64,000 bases of DNA. It comes from Octopus sinensis (lineage: Eukaryota). Shown here one piece after another: positions 11,646-25,320 of this stretch. The notes beneath the pieces are model-generated. The model was not told the origin of the DNA. It searched no databases and worked only from the letters and a program-made list of their open reading frames with translations. The stretch is taken from contig NC_042997.1 in the NCBI RefSeq assembly GCF_006345805.1, positions 194,060,001 to 194,124,000 on the forward strand, written 5' to 3'. Numbering within the stretch: position 1 is the stretch's first letter; each line of letters starts with the position of its first letter. Made by a program: the position numbers and the translations under genes.

Positions 11646-12160
11646 CTTTTGTTAAATTCGGTTGCTGTATCGAAAGCTCGGTCACTTATTGTATTAGAGA
11701 GTTTTTTCATTTGTTGCTGGAAATGTGTAGATTCTAATGATTATCATTTCGATTCATAAAATTTATTCTGAGCTGAGATATTTCGCTTTAATTCTGACAT
11801 AAAAACTGCAATAATTTTTGCACCAACCTAATATTTCGAGAGACGAGTAACCCGATAATCTTATCTTACGCTAGCTTTTTTTCTTTTTGTTGTCTAAGGT
11901 CACATCTACTCTATTCAAAGATTTCTATTCCCTGTTGAATTTATTGTACCTTATATCTCTATCCCCTTTCTCTCTTTTGCTCTCTCATTTATTTTCTCTC
12001 CTTTTTCATCATTTATTTCTTTATATTTTATTCAGCCTCTCTGCCCCATATTCTGCACAAACACACGCTCATACATGCATGTTCCCATATAATGTACTTT
12101 TATGTGTGTGTTGCGCGTTTGTTTTCTCTGTGTGTGTGTGTGTGTGTATGTGTGTGTGTG

Positions 12161-12199
<39 letters not shown>

Positions 12200-12569
12200 T
12201 TGGACTATGTTAAGCGTTAGAGAAAGAAATCTAGTTGTTGTTTCTGGCATTAAATACATCTGAAGCAAAATATTTTTCATGGACATCTAAAGTACCACCG
12301 TGAACACCCAGTCTACCATTTTGTCTGCGTTGATCCCACAAATCTTTTTTGGGGCCCCGCCTCAGACAGAACCACTGGTTTAGTTGAGTAAATCGACACC
12401 AGTAAATATTTTTTTGAAATCTGATAGTTAAATCTATCAACACTTTTGTCAAATGGCTAGACTACGAGGATAAAAATAAGCCAGCATCGGTGTCGAGCGT
12501 AGGAGATACATACAGAACACACAGACTCGTACACACACACACACACATACACACACACATACACACACA

Positions 12570-12613
<44 letters not shown>

Positions 12614-12689
12614 CACACACAAGCACTCATACACACACCACACAAATGCATATACGGCTGCAGGCTTCCGAACAGTTTCCGTAAAATAA

Positions 12690-12875
12690 AAAAAAAAACG
12701 AATATGAATAAAAAACGGAAAATCCAGAAATCCAAACCACTTCCGGTGCCAAGCTTGCCGGATATTTGGTCCAGTTCTGTAGATGGATGGATGGATGGAT
12801 GGACTGACGGACTGACAGACAGACAGATAGATAAATAGACAGAACTAATACTTACAGGGATATAACATCTAATAT
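12690..12875 (-). mobile_element. Possible Helentron-associated (HINE/DINE-like) fragment
   Basis: Minus-strand tatatccctgtaagtattag start followed by (TCTG)(TCCA)n; this is an architecture resemblance only. Confidence 0.3.
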
Positions 12876-13118
12876 CATATGTGTGTGTCTGTATGTATGT
12901 ATGTGTGTGTATGCAAATGTTTAAATGTAATGAATACTCAAGAACCACCCCAGATTAAGAATATATATATATATATATAACAAAACAAACATACGTTGCC
13001 ACAAATACATAGAGCTAGGTCAAGACAACTTTAATATTTTTAATTCAGGTGTGTGTATCTTATCAGATATTTCCGTGTGGGTGGCTAAGTGTTTATATAC
13101 GCATATATTCACATCTGT

Positions 13119-13695
<577 letters not shown>

Positions 13696-13980
13696 ATATA
13701 TATGTATACATGTAGCTATGCATGTTTATAGAGAACTATAGTACCAATGGTTATTATACTGGCGAACTGATCGATTTTTAACCATAGGTACCATTTCATT
13801 ATTTTAGATTCCACAAAGAAACACACACACACACACATCCACACACACACATTCACTCACGCACTCATGCATAGTGATTGAGTAGGTGGTTTTCGATTCG
13901 CTATCCAGTATGACAACACTTTGCGCTCCCTTCCTGTTTTTCTCTTTTTTTTTTACACAATAAAATTTTATGTATAGGTA

Positions 13981-15250
13981 CATTTTGCGATCAAATTTTG
14001 TACTAGAACAAATAAATGCCCATGAGTTCTTGGAACTTCTAAAATAGCGGCAATCTGCTTTAAGCACGCCATATAATCCCTCATAACTTTTTCATTTGGG
14101 GAATTTTCATAAAATTTTTTGTAAATTTGTATTCTACACGCAGGAATCCACACGACTAGAAAACAAGTTTTTTAGTTTTTCGAAATTAAAAATTTATTTT
14201 TTAATTTTTTCTAATCTCTCTCTATATAAAGCTGAAGTTGTCTGTGTGAGGCAGGTTTGGTAGCCTTCAACTAACACTATCTCCTCCGAGACCCTGCGGC
14301 GCAAGTTGACCAAAATTGAGAGTATGATAGAAGAAGGCCTGCACTTCTTCCGTAGAAGAAAAAATTCAAATCGGACCGTGTTAACACCAAAAATTATTTA
14401 CATCAAAAAGGTGCTTTTTTTCTATGAAAATCCCTATTTTTTACGATTTTTTGACTGCTGTGTTGCCATTTTTCGGTGTATTTCAACCAGAAAAATATTC
14501 ACTTAAAGAGAATAACAAGCTACATAATGCAACATTTTTTACTTTTCAAAAATTACAATTCTAAAGGGTCGAAACAAACCCGAGCAACGCCGGGCAATAC
14601 TGCTAGTCACTGTTAAAATTACAGACAGTCATAATTTTTGGCTTAAATCACAGTAAAAGACCATTGAATATGTTTATGGGAAGAAAGATATTGAAAAACA
14701 TAAATACGTCAGACTGAGAAACAAACGAGGAGGCTATAAGGTGGTCGTGAAATGTGCTAAAAATAACAGCTAAATCAAACACCAAAAAATATTTTTGTTT
14801 TTGCATAGTCGTATGAATTCATGTATATAGAAGACAAATTCGCAAAAAAAAGTTATAAGGGGTTATATGGAGTGCTTTACGCAGAATTCCACCACTTTTT
14901 GTTATGGTAATTGGAGTGTTACAAGTATCTGCGATAATGAAAGGTTACCAGTTCTACACTTTTCTCGTTCGTGGGACAAACACATACAACTGTATAGTAT
15001 GAAAAACACTTCACATTCCGGACACATCAACAGAAATCACAATCGCACAGGTGACCGGATAATCCCGACTGCACCCACCTGTACTATACATTCCTTGTGC
15101 TTCATGAACCAGAAAAGTATGGAACTAATGACCTTTTATAATTCCAGATTCATGCAACAACCTAACGACCGTAACAAAATGATTACTGCCATTTTGGGAG
15201 TTCCAAGAACTTATGTGTATTTGTTCTGGTACAAAATTTTAACTCAAAAT
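13981..15250. mobile_element. Old TIR element of about 1.27 kb (gross span, includes the nested Helitron)
   Basis: 13981-14055 is an imperfect reverse complement of 15181-15250 (gatt.c.gc.atttt.g.agttccaagaact...ttgttct.gtacaaaattt). Confidence 0.55.
14215..14606 (+). mobile_element. Non-autonomous Helitron
   Basis: A|TC...tatataaagctgaag start, 3' hairpin cccg-agcaacg-ccggg, CTAG|T end, no TSD. Confidence 0.85.
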
Positions 15251-16450
15251 ATCAGGCTGAGTAAAAAGTAAGCAACGCTTTGAAACATGAAATTCATTAC
15301 AATATATTCAACAATGCGGAAATTTTATTCATCAAAGTAAGTACCACTACAATCAACACATTTTTGGTAATGAGTTACAAGTTTGTTTATCTGGTACCAT
15401 AAAAATGTGGAATTTTGGAGCTGATGAACTCTTTGAACGCACTTTCAGCATCGGTTTGATTTTTGAACTCCTGCTCTCGTAGGAAACCATCAAGGTGATT
15501 GAAAAAGTTGTAGTCTGAAAGACAAAGATCTAGGGAATAAGCTGGGCGGGGAAGAACTTCGTAGCCAAACTCCCTCAACTTCTGGAGCGTCATTAGTGAA
15601 CCGCGTGGTCGAGCATTGTCATGAAGAATGATTAGCCCTCATCTATTGATCAGTCTGGGACGGAGGAGTAGGAGTTTTTCGTTCATTATGGAAATTTCAT
15701 GATAATATTGTTTCTGCAGAAATGGTTTTTCCGGGTTTTGAGAAGTTATAGTGGGTGAGTCCAGCAGTAAACTACCAAACAATCACCAAAACCTTATTTT
15801 TGAAGAGCTCGAGTTTAGGTAAGGTTTTCAGTGCTTCGTTTTGTTCCAACCACTGCGAAGAACATTTTTTATTATTGTACAGAATCCACTTTTCATCGCA
15901 AGTTATAATACGGTCGTGAAAAGGATCGGTCTAGTTACGGATGAGCGACGAGCAATTTTCATATCTGTGCATTTTCTGATTTTCATTCAAATCGTGTGGT
16001 ACCCGTTTATCGAGCTCCTTTGATTTTCCGATCGCATGCAAATGGTTGCTGGCAGTTTTCTGGCTAACTTGAAGTTCTTTTGCCATTTCTCGAGTGGTTT
16101 TATATGGCTCTTTCTCAATGACGGTCTGTAATTGACCGTCATCGATGACAGATGGCGTCCAATACGCTCACGATCTTCAAGGCTCAGGTCTCCACTGCGA
16201 AATCGTTTAAACTATTTTCAAGCTGACCACTTACTTACTGGTCGTTTCCTCACCAAACGTTTCATTGATATCGCAAGCAGTTTCAGCTGCTTTACGTCCT
16301 TTTTTCAAGTATAATAGCAAAATTGCTCAAATATAACGATTTGACAGTTCCATCTCAGATGATTGTAACAACGGTGAAAAAAACAATTAATGTTAATTTA
16401 TTGATGCATTTGGGCAAGTTTGTGTCTGTGTTGTCAGACATTTGAAAAAA
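15250..16450 (-). pseudogene. Degraded mariner transposon
   Basis: TLQKLREFGYEVLPRPAYSLDLCLSDYNFFNHL (the HPPYSPDLAPSDY motif); TIR-like tatcaggctgagtaaaaagtaagcaacgc; right boundary uncertain. Confidence 0.88.
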
Positions 16451-16599
16451 AATTCAAAACTCTGCAAAAATCCGGTACAAGTTCTTCATGGTTCAAAACA
16501 TTGCTTACTTTTTACTGAACCTGATACATCAAAACTTTATCGTGACAAACCTCTGTGTGGCATCAGTGTAACGCTCCTAAACTCTTGAGGGCGGTAAAT

Positions 16600-16752
16600 C
16601 AACAACAAAACTAGTACTTATTTTGTCGACTCCAAAACGATAAAAGGCAAAGTCGACCTCGGCAGTATTGGAAAGTCAGAAAGTAAAAACAGATGAACTG
16701 TCGCTAAGCATTTTGCCCGGCGTGCTAACAATTCTTCCAACTCGCTGCCTTA
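16600..16752 (-). mobile_element. Diverged SINE A
   Basis: aaggcaaagtcgacctcggc...cccggcgtgctaac...ctcgctgcctt. Confidence 0.8.
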
Positions 16753-16759
16753 GCTGTTA

Positions 16760-17296
16760 CTCTCTTTTACTCTTTTACTTGTTTCAGTCATTTGACAGTG
16801 GCCATGCTGGAGCACCGCCTTTAGTCGAACATATCGACACCAGGACTTATTCTTTGTAAGCCTAGTAATTATTCTATCGGTCTCTTTTGCCGAACAGCTA
16901 AGTTACGGGGACGTAAACACACCAGCATCGGTTGTCAAGCGATGGGGGAGGGGGTAAACACAGACACACAAACATATACACACATGTACATATATATGTA
17001 TATATATATATATATATAGAAATTCGGGGTGAGTACTTGATAATTATAAGCACCGGTGTATACCGTTTGGTGGTGTAGGTGGTGGAGTAAATTGATCAAA
17101 ATAAAAACATGATGCCAAGGATTATACATATATATACATATATACGACAGGCCTTCTTCAACCTCCGTCCACCAAATCCACTCACAAGGCTTTGGTCGGC
17201 CCGAGGCTATAGTAGAAGAAACCTGCCCAAGGTGCCACGCAGTGGGACTGAACCCGGAACCATCTGTTTGGTAAGCAAGCCACTTACCACACAGCC
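16760..17296 (-). mobile_element. SINE B with an insertion in its internal microsatellite
   Basis: Tail at 16760-16970, head at 17160-17296. Confidence 0.88.
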
Positions 17297-17919
17297 AATA
17301 TATATATTTGATACTCAATATATTTGAATTCAAAATAAATCAAATTTTATCGTGACAAACATCTGTGTAGCCTCAGTGCTACACTCCTAAATGTTTGAAG
17401 CCGCTAAATGAATAAGAACAAAAATGAGAAATGCAAGATGGCCAGACAAAAACAGCAGGCTTCAAGTAAGAGTATCTTACGCCTTGCATACAAATGTAAA
17501 CGGGTGCATGCATATATGCGTGCATATGTGTGTATTTATGTGCACGTATATGTGTGCATGTGTTTGTATATGCACATGTATTCAGTTCTCGATGACCGTT
17601 AAATCTCCTGAGCACATCCAACGTTTGACATTCTTTATTATTCATTCCACAGATTCTCCATAAATCACCTCAAGCCCAAGCAAGCTCGGTGAGGTTGACG
17701 GTGCAGACGCCGACGACCCGCCCATGAAGCAAGTTTGCATTGGGTTACATGCTAGAACTCGTTCTTAGGAGCAGTATGATGATTATATATATATTTATGA
17801 TGATATATATATATATACACAGAAGCCTAAACGCAAACCCGGAAGTACGTATAATACTACTACTGGAGAGCACAGGGTGAAATCTGGTGGTGGACAAGCT
17901 TTCAGCTGTACTTTGCTAC

Positions 17920-18057
17920 GTTCGCCATGATACATCGCTAGCCACTCAACCTTTTTTTATCTTCTCTCCTTGCTTCTTTCTGTGTTCCTTCCTGTCGAAG
18001 AGAATAGGCTCGAAACGTAAAAGGCTTTCTTATTTCCCGAGCGTTAAACTAATACAT

Positions 18058-18058
<1 letters not shown>
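17920..18058 (+). mobile_element. Penelope-like solo terminal-repeat family with hammerhead-like core
   Basis: ttcgccatgata.atcgctagccact...ctgtcgaagag.taggctcgaaacgt...cttcccgagcgttaaactaatac; also at 19340-19510, 31995-32208 and 43870-44085. Confidence 0.6.
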
Positions 18059-18400
<342 letters not shown>

Positions 18401-18862
18401 TATGTATGTGTGTGTAAGTATTTATATATGTGACTACATATATATTCACACACACACACAAACACACACGCATACAAACACTTACACATAGATATAAAAT
18501 CACATACATACACGATTTGCTCTTTTGATTTTAAAGCAAGCTTAAGAATATCTGCAGGACATGTACTGAGAGCGAGAGTCAGGTAGTGAAAGTGCAATCA
18601 AATTTTATTATAAAGTTCGTTTTTACTGTACTTACTCCTCATTTGTATTCGATTTGAGTGAGATTTGATTGTTATTTCTAGCATGTCGAGCGAACAGGTC
18701 GATGCTCCCTCCTACTCACTCCATGCATCATGTTTGCTATGAATGCATAAAGAATATGGAGAACGAGATACATTTACCAAGCGTTTCCGTAAACACACAG
18801 ACACACATGCATATGTATTTATGTGCATATGTGTGTGTGTGTTTGTATGTATGGACGTATGT

Positions 18863-18947
<85 letters not shown>

Positions 18948-19243
18948 CCGGCAGACAGACGTAAAATTATGCTTCTGTGGTATTTGCCTGAGAGGAAATC
19001 TCTTCAGAGACATGTGTTATACGTTACCGACAAGCCCTAGAAGGTCGAAACGTGTCTAACGTTTCCATGTTGCGACGATGTCCGCTTTTTAACTCAACAT
19101 ACTGATGAAGAGATTTTCTTTCAGACAAAACCACAGCAGCATGCCTTTTTATGGTGTATATATGTTTACTGTAATGAAAGGTGATTATATTAATTTAACG
19201 ATGTTTCCGTTGCAATCACCAAGTTCGTGTGTGTGCATATCTA

Positions 19244-19510
<267 letters not shown>

Positions 19511-19700
19511 CCCTATTAATTAGCCGAAATTTGCTAGGACGATCCGGTTCCTGACTGAAGATTAGAGGCTTCGAATGACCCGTCCGTTTTTGTGTCGACT
19601 CTTTGTGTTTTTTGCCTTCTTGTCCCATTTTTATATATAATTTATATATATTTTATATATATATATATAATGGAATAACCACTTTGAAGCATTGTGTAGA

Positions 19701-19866
19701 ATATATTGTACAAAGGATCATGGATAAGGTCAGAACAAGCGAAGTAAATGCAAGGCAAATCACAAGAGAAAATGTATAAGTCGACATTAATTCATATATT
19801 TGTTTTCTTGTGATTTGCCTTGCATTTACTTGCTCTAGTATACCCACGATCCTTTATACAATATAT
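19701..19866. repeat. Fold-back (hairpin) element
   Basis: aagtaaatgcaaggcaaatcacaaga / tcttgtgatttgccttgcatttactt is a perfect inner stem; outer arms tgtacaaaggatc / gatcctttataca. Confidence 0.85.
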
Positions 19867-19910
19867 ATGCATGTATGTAGAAAGAGAAAGAGAGTGGGAC
19901 AGAGAGAAAG

Positions 19911-20015
<105 letters not shown>

Positions 20016-20087
20016 TGTTTCTTTATTAGCCACACAGGGCTGCACACAGATAGAACAAATTACAAGGTAGAGCTTTTCTTTTGAAGG

Positions 20088-20122
<35 letters not shown>

Positions 20123-21200
20123 AAGGGGGAGGTTCGATCAAAAGGGATCGTAAAAGGAGAGAAAGAGGACAAAAATAAGGGGGGTTAAAAAAAAAAAAAA
20201 AGGGGGGGGGAGAGGAAAAAAAATGATCAATAGGGATCATTATCACAGAAATGTCAATATGAAGTGTAAAGGGGAGGACAGGTGAGGTTTACCCGTGGAA
20301 AGAAAAGCCTGCGGAAAAGACCACGGTAACCTCGGTCAATGAAGTCACATTTTATATTCTTTTTTTTTTTTTTTTTTTTTGCAAATAAGCAACTCTCTGT
20401 TTTCGATTTCTGGGTTCATAGGACTATGCTCAAGGTGGCTTCGTCATTCATACGTGCCATTCTTGCTACATTCACCCATCTTTTTTTAAAACATTCGCTA
20501 GACAAAACTTGCCTCTCTACTCTCACTTTCCTTTTCAAGTGGTACTTGAAGAAGTTGATGAGAGATTGACCAGAGAGGAAAGTGTTTGTCTCCAATCCTT
20601 TCAGACGCGTCCACCAGATACATTCTTTCGCCATAGCCACAAGGATGATGAAAATAGCTCTTCCTTCCCGTTTGAAGGAAGGAGGCGTGACAATATTGAC
20701 GATAGACTCAGCTGATAAACCGACTCGTCCCACACGTGACAGCAGTTGTTCGACATAAGCCCACAGGTCGGAAATTGTTGGACACTGAACGAGTGCGTGC
20801 AGAACGGTTTCGTCGCTCTGACCGCATCTCGGGCAGGTCGGCCCCGTGTTTCTCGAGCCGTGTCTGTAGAGCTTATCCCGAACGGGTAGCGCTTCTCGGT
20901 AGCACTGCCAGGCCAGGGATCTCTGGAAGTTGTCCATGGGCCCTGGCCCGAAAGTCGTCCCGAACAGGCGGGTCAGGTACTCCTCGTCGACGTCCAGGTT
21001 CGCCCCGAGCTCGTCGTCGTACCTCCCCTCCACTAAACCCCTATAGAATGCTTTGGTTGTGTTGAAGTCACTTAAGGTCGACCCAGGACGGCAGAGTTGC
21101 TTGAGAGCAACGCGACACTCGCGGTGCCATTCGCCCTTCCTCGGCCTCTTTTTGATCCACGACTGCAGTTCGGTCATGGAGACGAGCTGCGGGAAAGCGT
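20016..21200 (-). mobile_element. 5'-truncated Tx1-clade (L1 superfamily) LINE inserted in (GATA)n
   Basis: Uninterrupted ORF2 C-terminus, 3' UTR ending aataaagaaaca, (GATA)n on both sides. Confidence 0.9.
20416..21200 (-). pseudogene. Tx1 ORF2 C-terminal fragment with zf-RVT CCHC knuckle
   Basis: ALPVRDKL..CPRCGQSDETVLHALVQCP..LW; about 260 codons without a stop; the first residues of the track ORF are microsatellite-derived. Confidence 0.88.
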
Positions 21201-21643
21201 ATAGATAGATAGATAGATAGATAGATGTTACTGCGGCCATACCGGCACACTACTTTGGGGAATTTTAACCGAATAGATCGATCCCTGTACTTTTTTTAGA
21301 GCCTGATTCTTATTCTATCGGTCTTTTACGCCGAACCGCTAAGTTACGGAAACAGCAATACCGCTTGTCAAACTATGGTATGAGGACAAACAGACACAAA
21401 CTCTCACACACATACACGCACACATACATACACAAACTGCCATATCTCCAACTGCTTCAGGTGGCAGGATATCAAAAATTGTCAAAGTGTAGTACAACAG
21501 TTTTGCTTTGGAATGGTGCAAGTATTTATTCGTTTTCTGAAAAAGCAATGTTTTGGACTTACGACACTTTTGCATAATAGCAACAATATATATATATATA
21601 TATATGTTATTACATGCAACATATTATAACATAAAAACAAATA

Positions 21644-21681
<38 letters not shown>

Positions 21682-21683
<2 letters not shown>

Positions 21684-22010
21684 CCCAGGCGTGGTTGCGT
21701 GGTAAGAGGCTTGAGCAAGTGTCTTCTACTATAGTCTCGGGCCGATCAAAGCTTTGAGAGTGGATTTGGTAGATGAAAACTGAAAGAAGCCCATCGTATG
21801 TGTGTGTGTGCCCTAGTTTGCCCCCCCCCCCACACACACACACCATCGCTTGACAACTGCTATTGATGCGTTTAAGTCTGCGCAAAAAAGACTGATAGAA
21901 TAAGTATTAGGCTTACAAAGAACTAGTTCTGGGTTCAATTTGTTCAACTAAAGGTGGTGCTCTAGCATGGCCGCTGCCAACTGTGAGAAACTAATAAAAG
22001 AATAAAAGAA
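21682..22010 (+). mobile_element. SINE B, diverged and deleted
   Basis: Head, core and tail motifs present. Confidence 0.85.
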
Positions 22011-22089
22011 AGAATATATATATATATATTCATATATACATACATCTATGTACATACCTACCTATATATGTATATATACATGCATATAC

Positions 22090-22265
22090 TGGCACAGGAC
22101 ATAAAAAAACGTTGAACATAATGAGAAATGAAAACATAAAAACAAAAACATAGGAAACGAACTTTTTTTCGAACAACGAAAAAAAAAGAGGAAACGTGAC
22201 ATGCAACATAAAGAATATTCTCCTTCATCAGTTGTCCCTGTTTCATCTACTCCGCTTTCGAAGGC
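22090..22265 (-). mobile_element. Repeat family also at 52610-52775, probably Penelope terminal-repeat related
   Basis: aatgagaaaYgaaaacata...gtttcatctactc is shared; minus strand has ctga(t/a)gaagg. The Penelope link is inference. Confidence 0.45.
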
Positions 22266-23279
22266 AAGGACAATACGCGACTTCCCTGAAACAATCCTTC
22301 CCGCAAACAAATAAAATAAAGTTTCGGATGGATTTTTTTGCGAAGGGCGAAAGGGGTAACAAGAACAGGACAGTGAGAACAAGACAAGTGAAAACAAGGC
22401 TGTTATCGTCTTGGCAATACAGGACAATAAAGCATTTGGACAGATAGACGATACAAAGGGGGACGGGAGAAACAATTAGAAGGCTAGGGTCATTCATGGC
22501 CTTCTTTCCTCAGTCAAGTTACCAGAAGTCCTTACTGTTTCGGGCAGTTACACTTGAGACAGTTCGATCTGGTTGTCCCCAAAAAAAGTCTAAACTAAGT
22601 GCATTAGACCTCTTTGTAAGAAAGCTAGCGAATGTGTACAGCAACAATGACAAAAACCGGAGAACATGGTACACAATTACAAATACAAACAAGAAAATAA
22701 CAACGGGTGTCTTTCGACTGAGAACAAATCAAATTGAGCTGGCGTGTGTATGAAGTGAAAGCCTAAAAGCAGGAACATAGGAGATGGACATATGTGTGTG
22801 TGTGTTGGTATATATGTATGTATACATGTATGTATGTGTGTGTATGTGTGTGTGGATGTTTTCAACCTAGATGCAACACCGTGCTTCGAGAGCTTGTTCC
22901 ATCTCATCAGTGAAGAAAATAGTTGTTGTTTATATATAGAAGTCTTGTAAAGCGAGTTCTGACAATTGCAATGCTATTAGTGCTGTGTTAATGAGAAAAT
23001 AATTCGGTCTACCAAAGCGACAATTATAGCAGATTCCACACAGGTGTATACTGCATATTTTGCGTTCTCGTGCAAGTGGTATTTATCATATGTACGTGTG
23101 TGTGTTTGTGTGTATGTGTGTGTGTGTTTGTGTGCGTATGTGTGTATACACATATCTTATACACACACTCACTTACAAACATACTTCGCGATTTGGGAAA
23201 TATTTCACACATAAATACATATTTACTCATATGCACACATATATATACGCACACACATATACATATATATATGTATATA

Positions 23280-23316
<37 letters not shown>

Positions 23317-23406
23317 CTACATATATATATATATATATATACATATATACATATATATATATATGTATATATATATATGTATACGTATTCATATATATAT
23401 GTATAC

Positions 23407-23440
<34 letters not shown>

Positions 23441-23617
23441 GCGTACGGATGCAGTCACATTTATATATTTATTAGAAACTACCCTGGATAACACTTAAAC
23501 AAATACAAAAGCAGTTATATACAACATCGTATATAAACATATTCAGGTTTTCACATACACTAAAACACACACACTAAGTATGTATGTATAAATTATTATC
23601 ATCATCATCTTCATCAA

Positions 23618-23676
<59 letters not shown>

Positions 23677-23684
23677 TATTATTA

Positions 23685-23721
<37 letters not shown>

Positions 23722-24205
23722 GAGTGAGAGAGCAGTGCATGCCATCAAAGTGACACTGGGGTAAAATATACGAAGCCCAGTATACCCATCATGACTACCC
23801 CTGTGATAAGGGTACACTACGCGCATGCATCACAACCATATGTTCGCGACATGGTGATCTCATATCAAAATAAACAGCACATGACCTTGCTGGTGGGGCC
23901 CAGTTAGAATTTTCTACTTGTTGAGAAGCACATCCCACTCAAAAGGTCCTTGAATAAGGATTGTTTAAGGATGTTGAACGAACCACCCATGTTTCAAAAG
24001 GTGAATTATCCAAACCTCGAAGAATTCCTTTCAATACACGGCTATGATGCTCCCCGACTACAACTGACAAGCAAATCTGTGGTATTGAGCAGAATATTTG
24101 CTGTAGCCCGTCTTTTATACCAAGACAAAACAATGTACATGATAATACTTCCAATCAGTTAAGATCAGCAGCCATGAGAGTCACTGGCTGGTTCAGCATC
24201 AGGGC
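23722..24205 (-). mobile_element. (TAA)n-embedded non-coding element, copy 1
   Basis: Minus strand starts gccctgatgc and ends gcactgctctctcactc-(aat)n. Confidence 0.75.
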
Positions 24206-24259
24206 ATAATGGTACTCCATCATGGCATAATTGTTATTATTATTATCATTATTATTATT

Positions 24260-24615
24260 GAATGAGATAGCAGTATATGCCATCAAAATGACACTGGGGT
24301 AAAATATACGATGTTGAACAAAATACCCATGTTTCCAAAGGTGAATTATCCAAACCCCAAAGAATCCCTCTCAACACATGGCTATGATGCTCCCCCATTA
24401 CTTCTGCTCGTGGTCAGAGATGCACATATCATTAGCCACTAAGGGACATGCTCAACTGGTTATGGTCAAACAACTGACAATCAAATCTGTGGTAGTGAGT
24501 AGAATATTTGCTGTAGCCCCTCTTTTATACCAAGACAAAACAATGTACATGATAACACTTCCAATCAGTGAAGATCAGAAGCCACGAGTGCAACTGCCTA
24601 GTACTGCATCAGGGC
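24260..24615 (-). mobile_element. (TAA)n-embedded non-coding element, copy 2
   Basis: Same termini as copy 1 but a different internal deletion. Confidence 0.75.
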
Positions 24616-24619
24616 TATT

Positions 24620-24627
24620 TACTATTA

Positions 24628-24680
<53 letters not shown>

Positions 24681-24687
24681 GTTAATA

Positions 24688-24739
<52 letters not shown>

Positions 24740-24795
24740 TTTATTATTAATTTTATCATCATCATCATCATCATCACCATCATCATCATTATCAT

Positions 24796-24829
<34 letters not shown>

Positions 24830-24979
24830 GCCATCATCATCATTATTATTATCATTATTATTATTATTATTATTAGTTTTATCATCATCATCATCTCCAT
24901 CATCATCATCATCATAATCATCATCATCATCGTCATCATCATCACCATCACCATCACCATCATCATCATCATCATTATT

Positions 24980-25020
<41 letters not shown>
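24620..25020. repeat. (TTA)n/(TCA)n microsatellite
   Basis: Direct reading. Confidence 0.97.
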
Positions 25021-25023
<3 letters not shown>

Positions 25024-25320
25024 CTCACATGGAACAATGTCTCCTAAAATTAGCCAATCAATAGAAAAAAAAAACCAAATACACGCAACGTAACACACCA
25101 GCTCCTTCCTCGCTGTCTAATGACTCTAAGCGAGCGAAAGCAGGTTTTATACTGCTTCTATATATATTCTGTGTTCCTGGAGCTGCGTTCATGGCATGTG
25201 GAATTAATAGTTTCATACATTAGCATAGACATTAAAGTTGAAAGGTAGCGGAAACTGTACCTGTCTAACATCAGAATGTTTTATATTTACTGGATTATAC
25301 ATTACATATTCCGCATTTAT

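Noticed and set aside
22200-22265. Type II hammerhead reading (GAAAC before CTGATGA on minus; also near 52750)
   Set aside because: Stems I-III could not be formed convincingly, so it is kept only as a repeat family.
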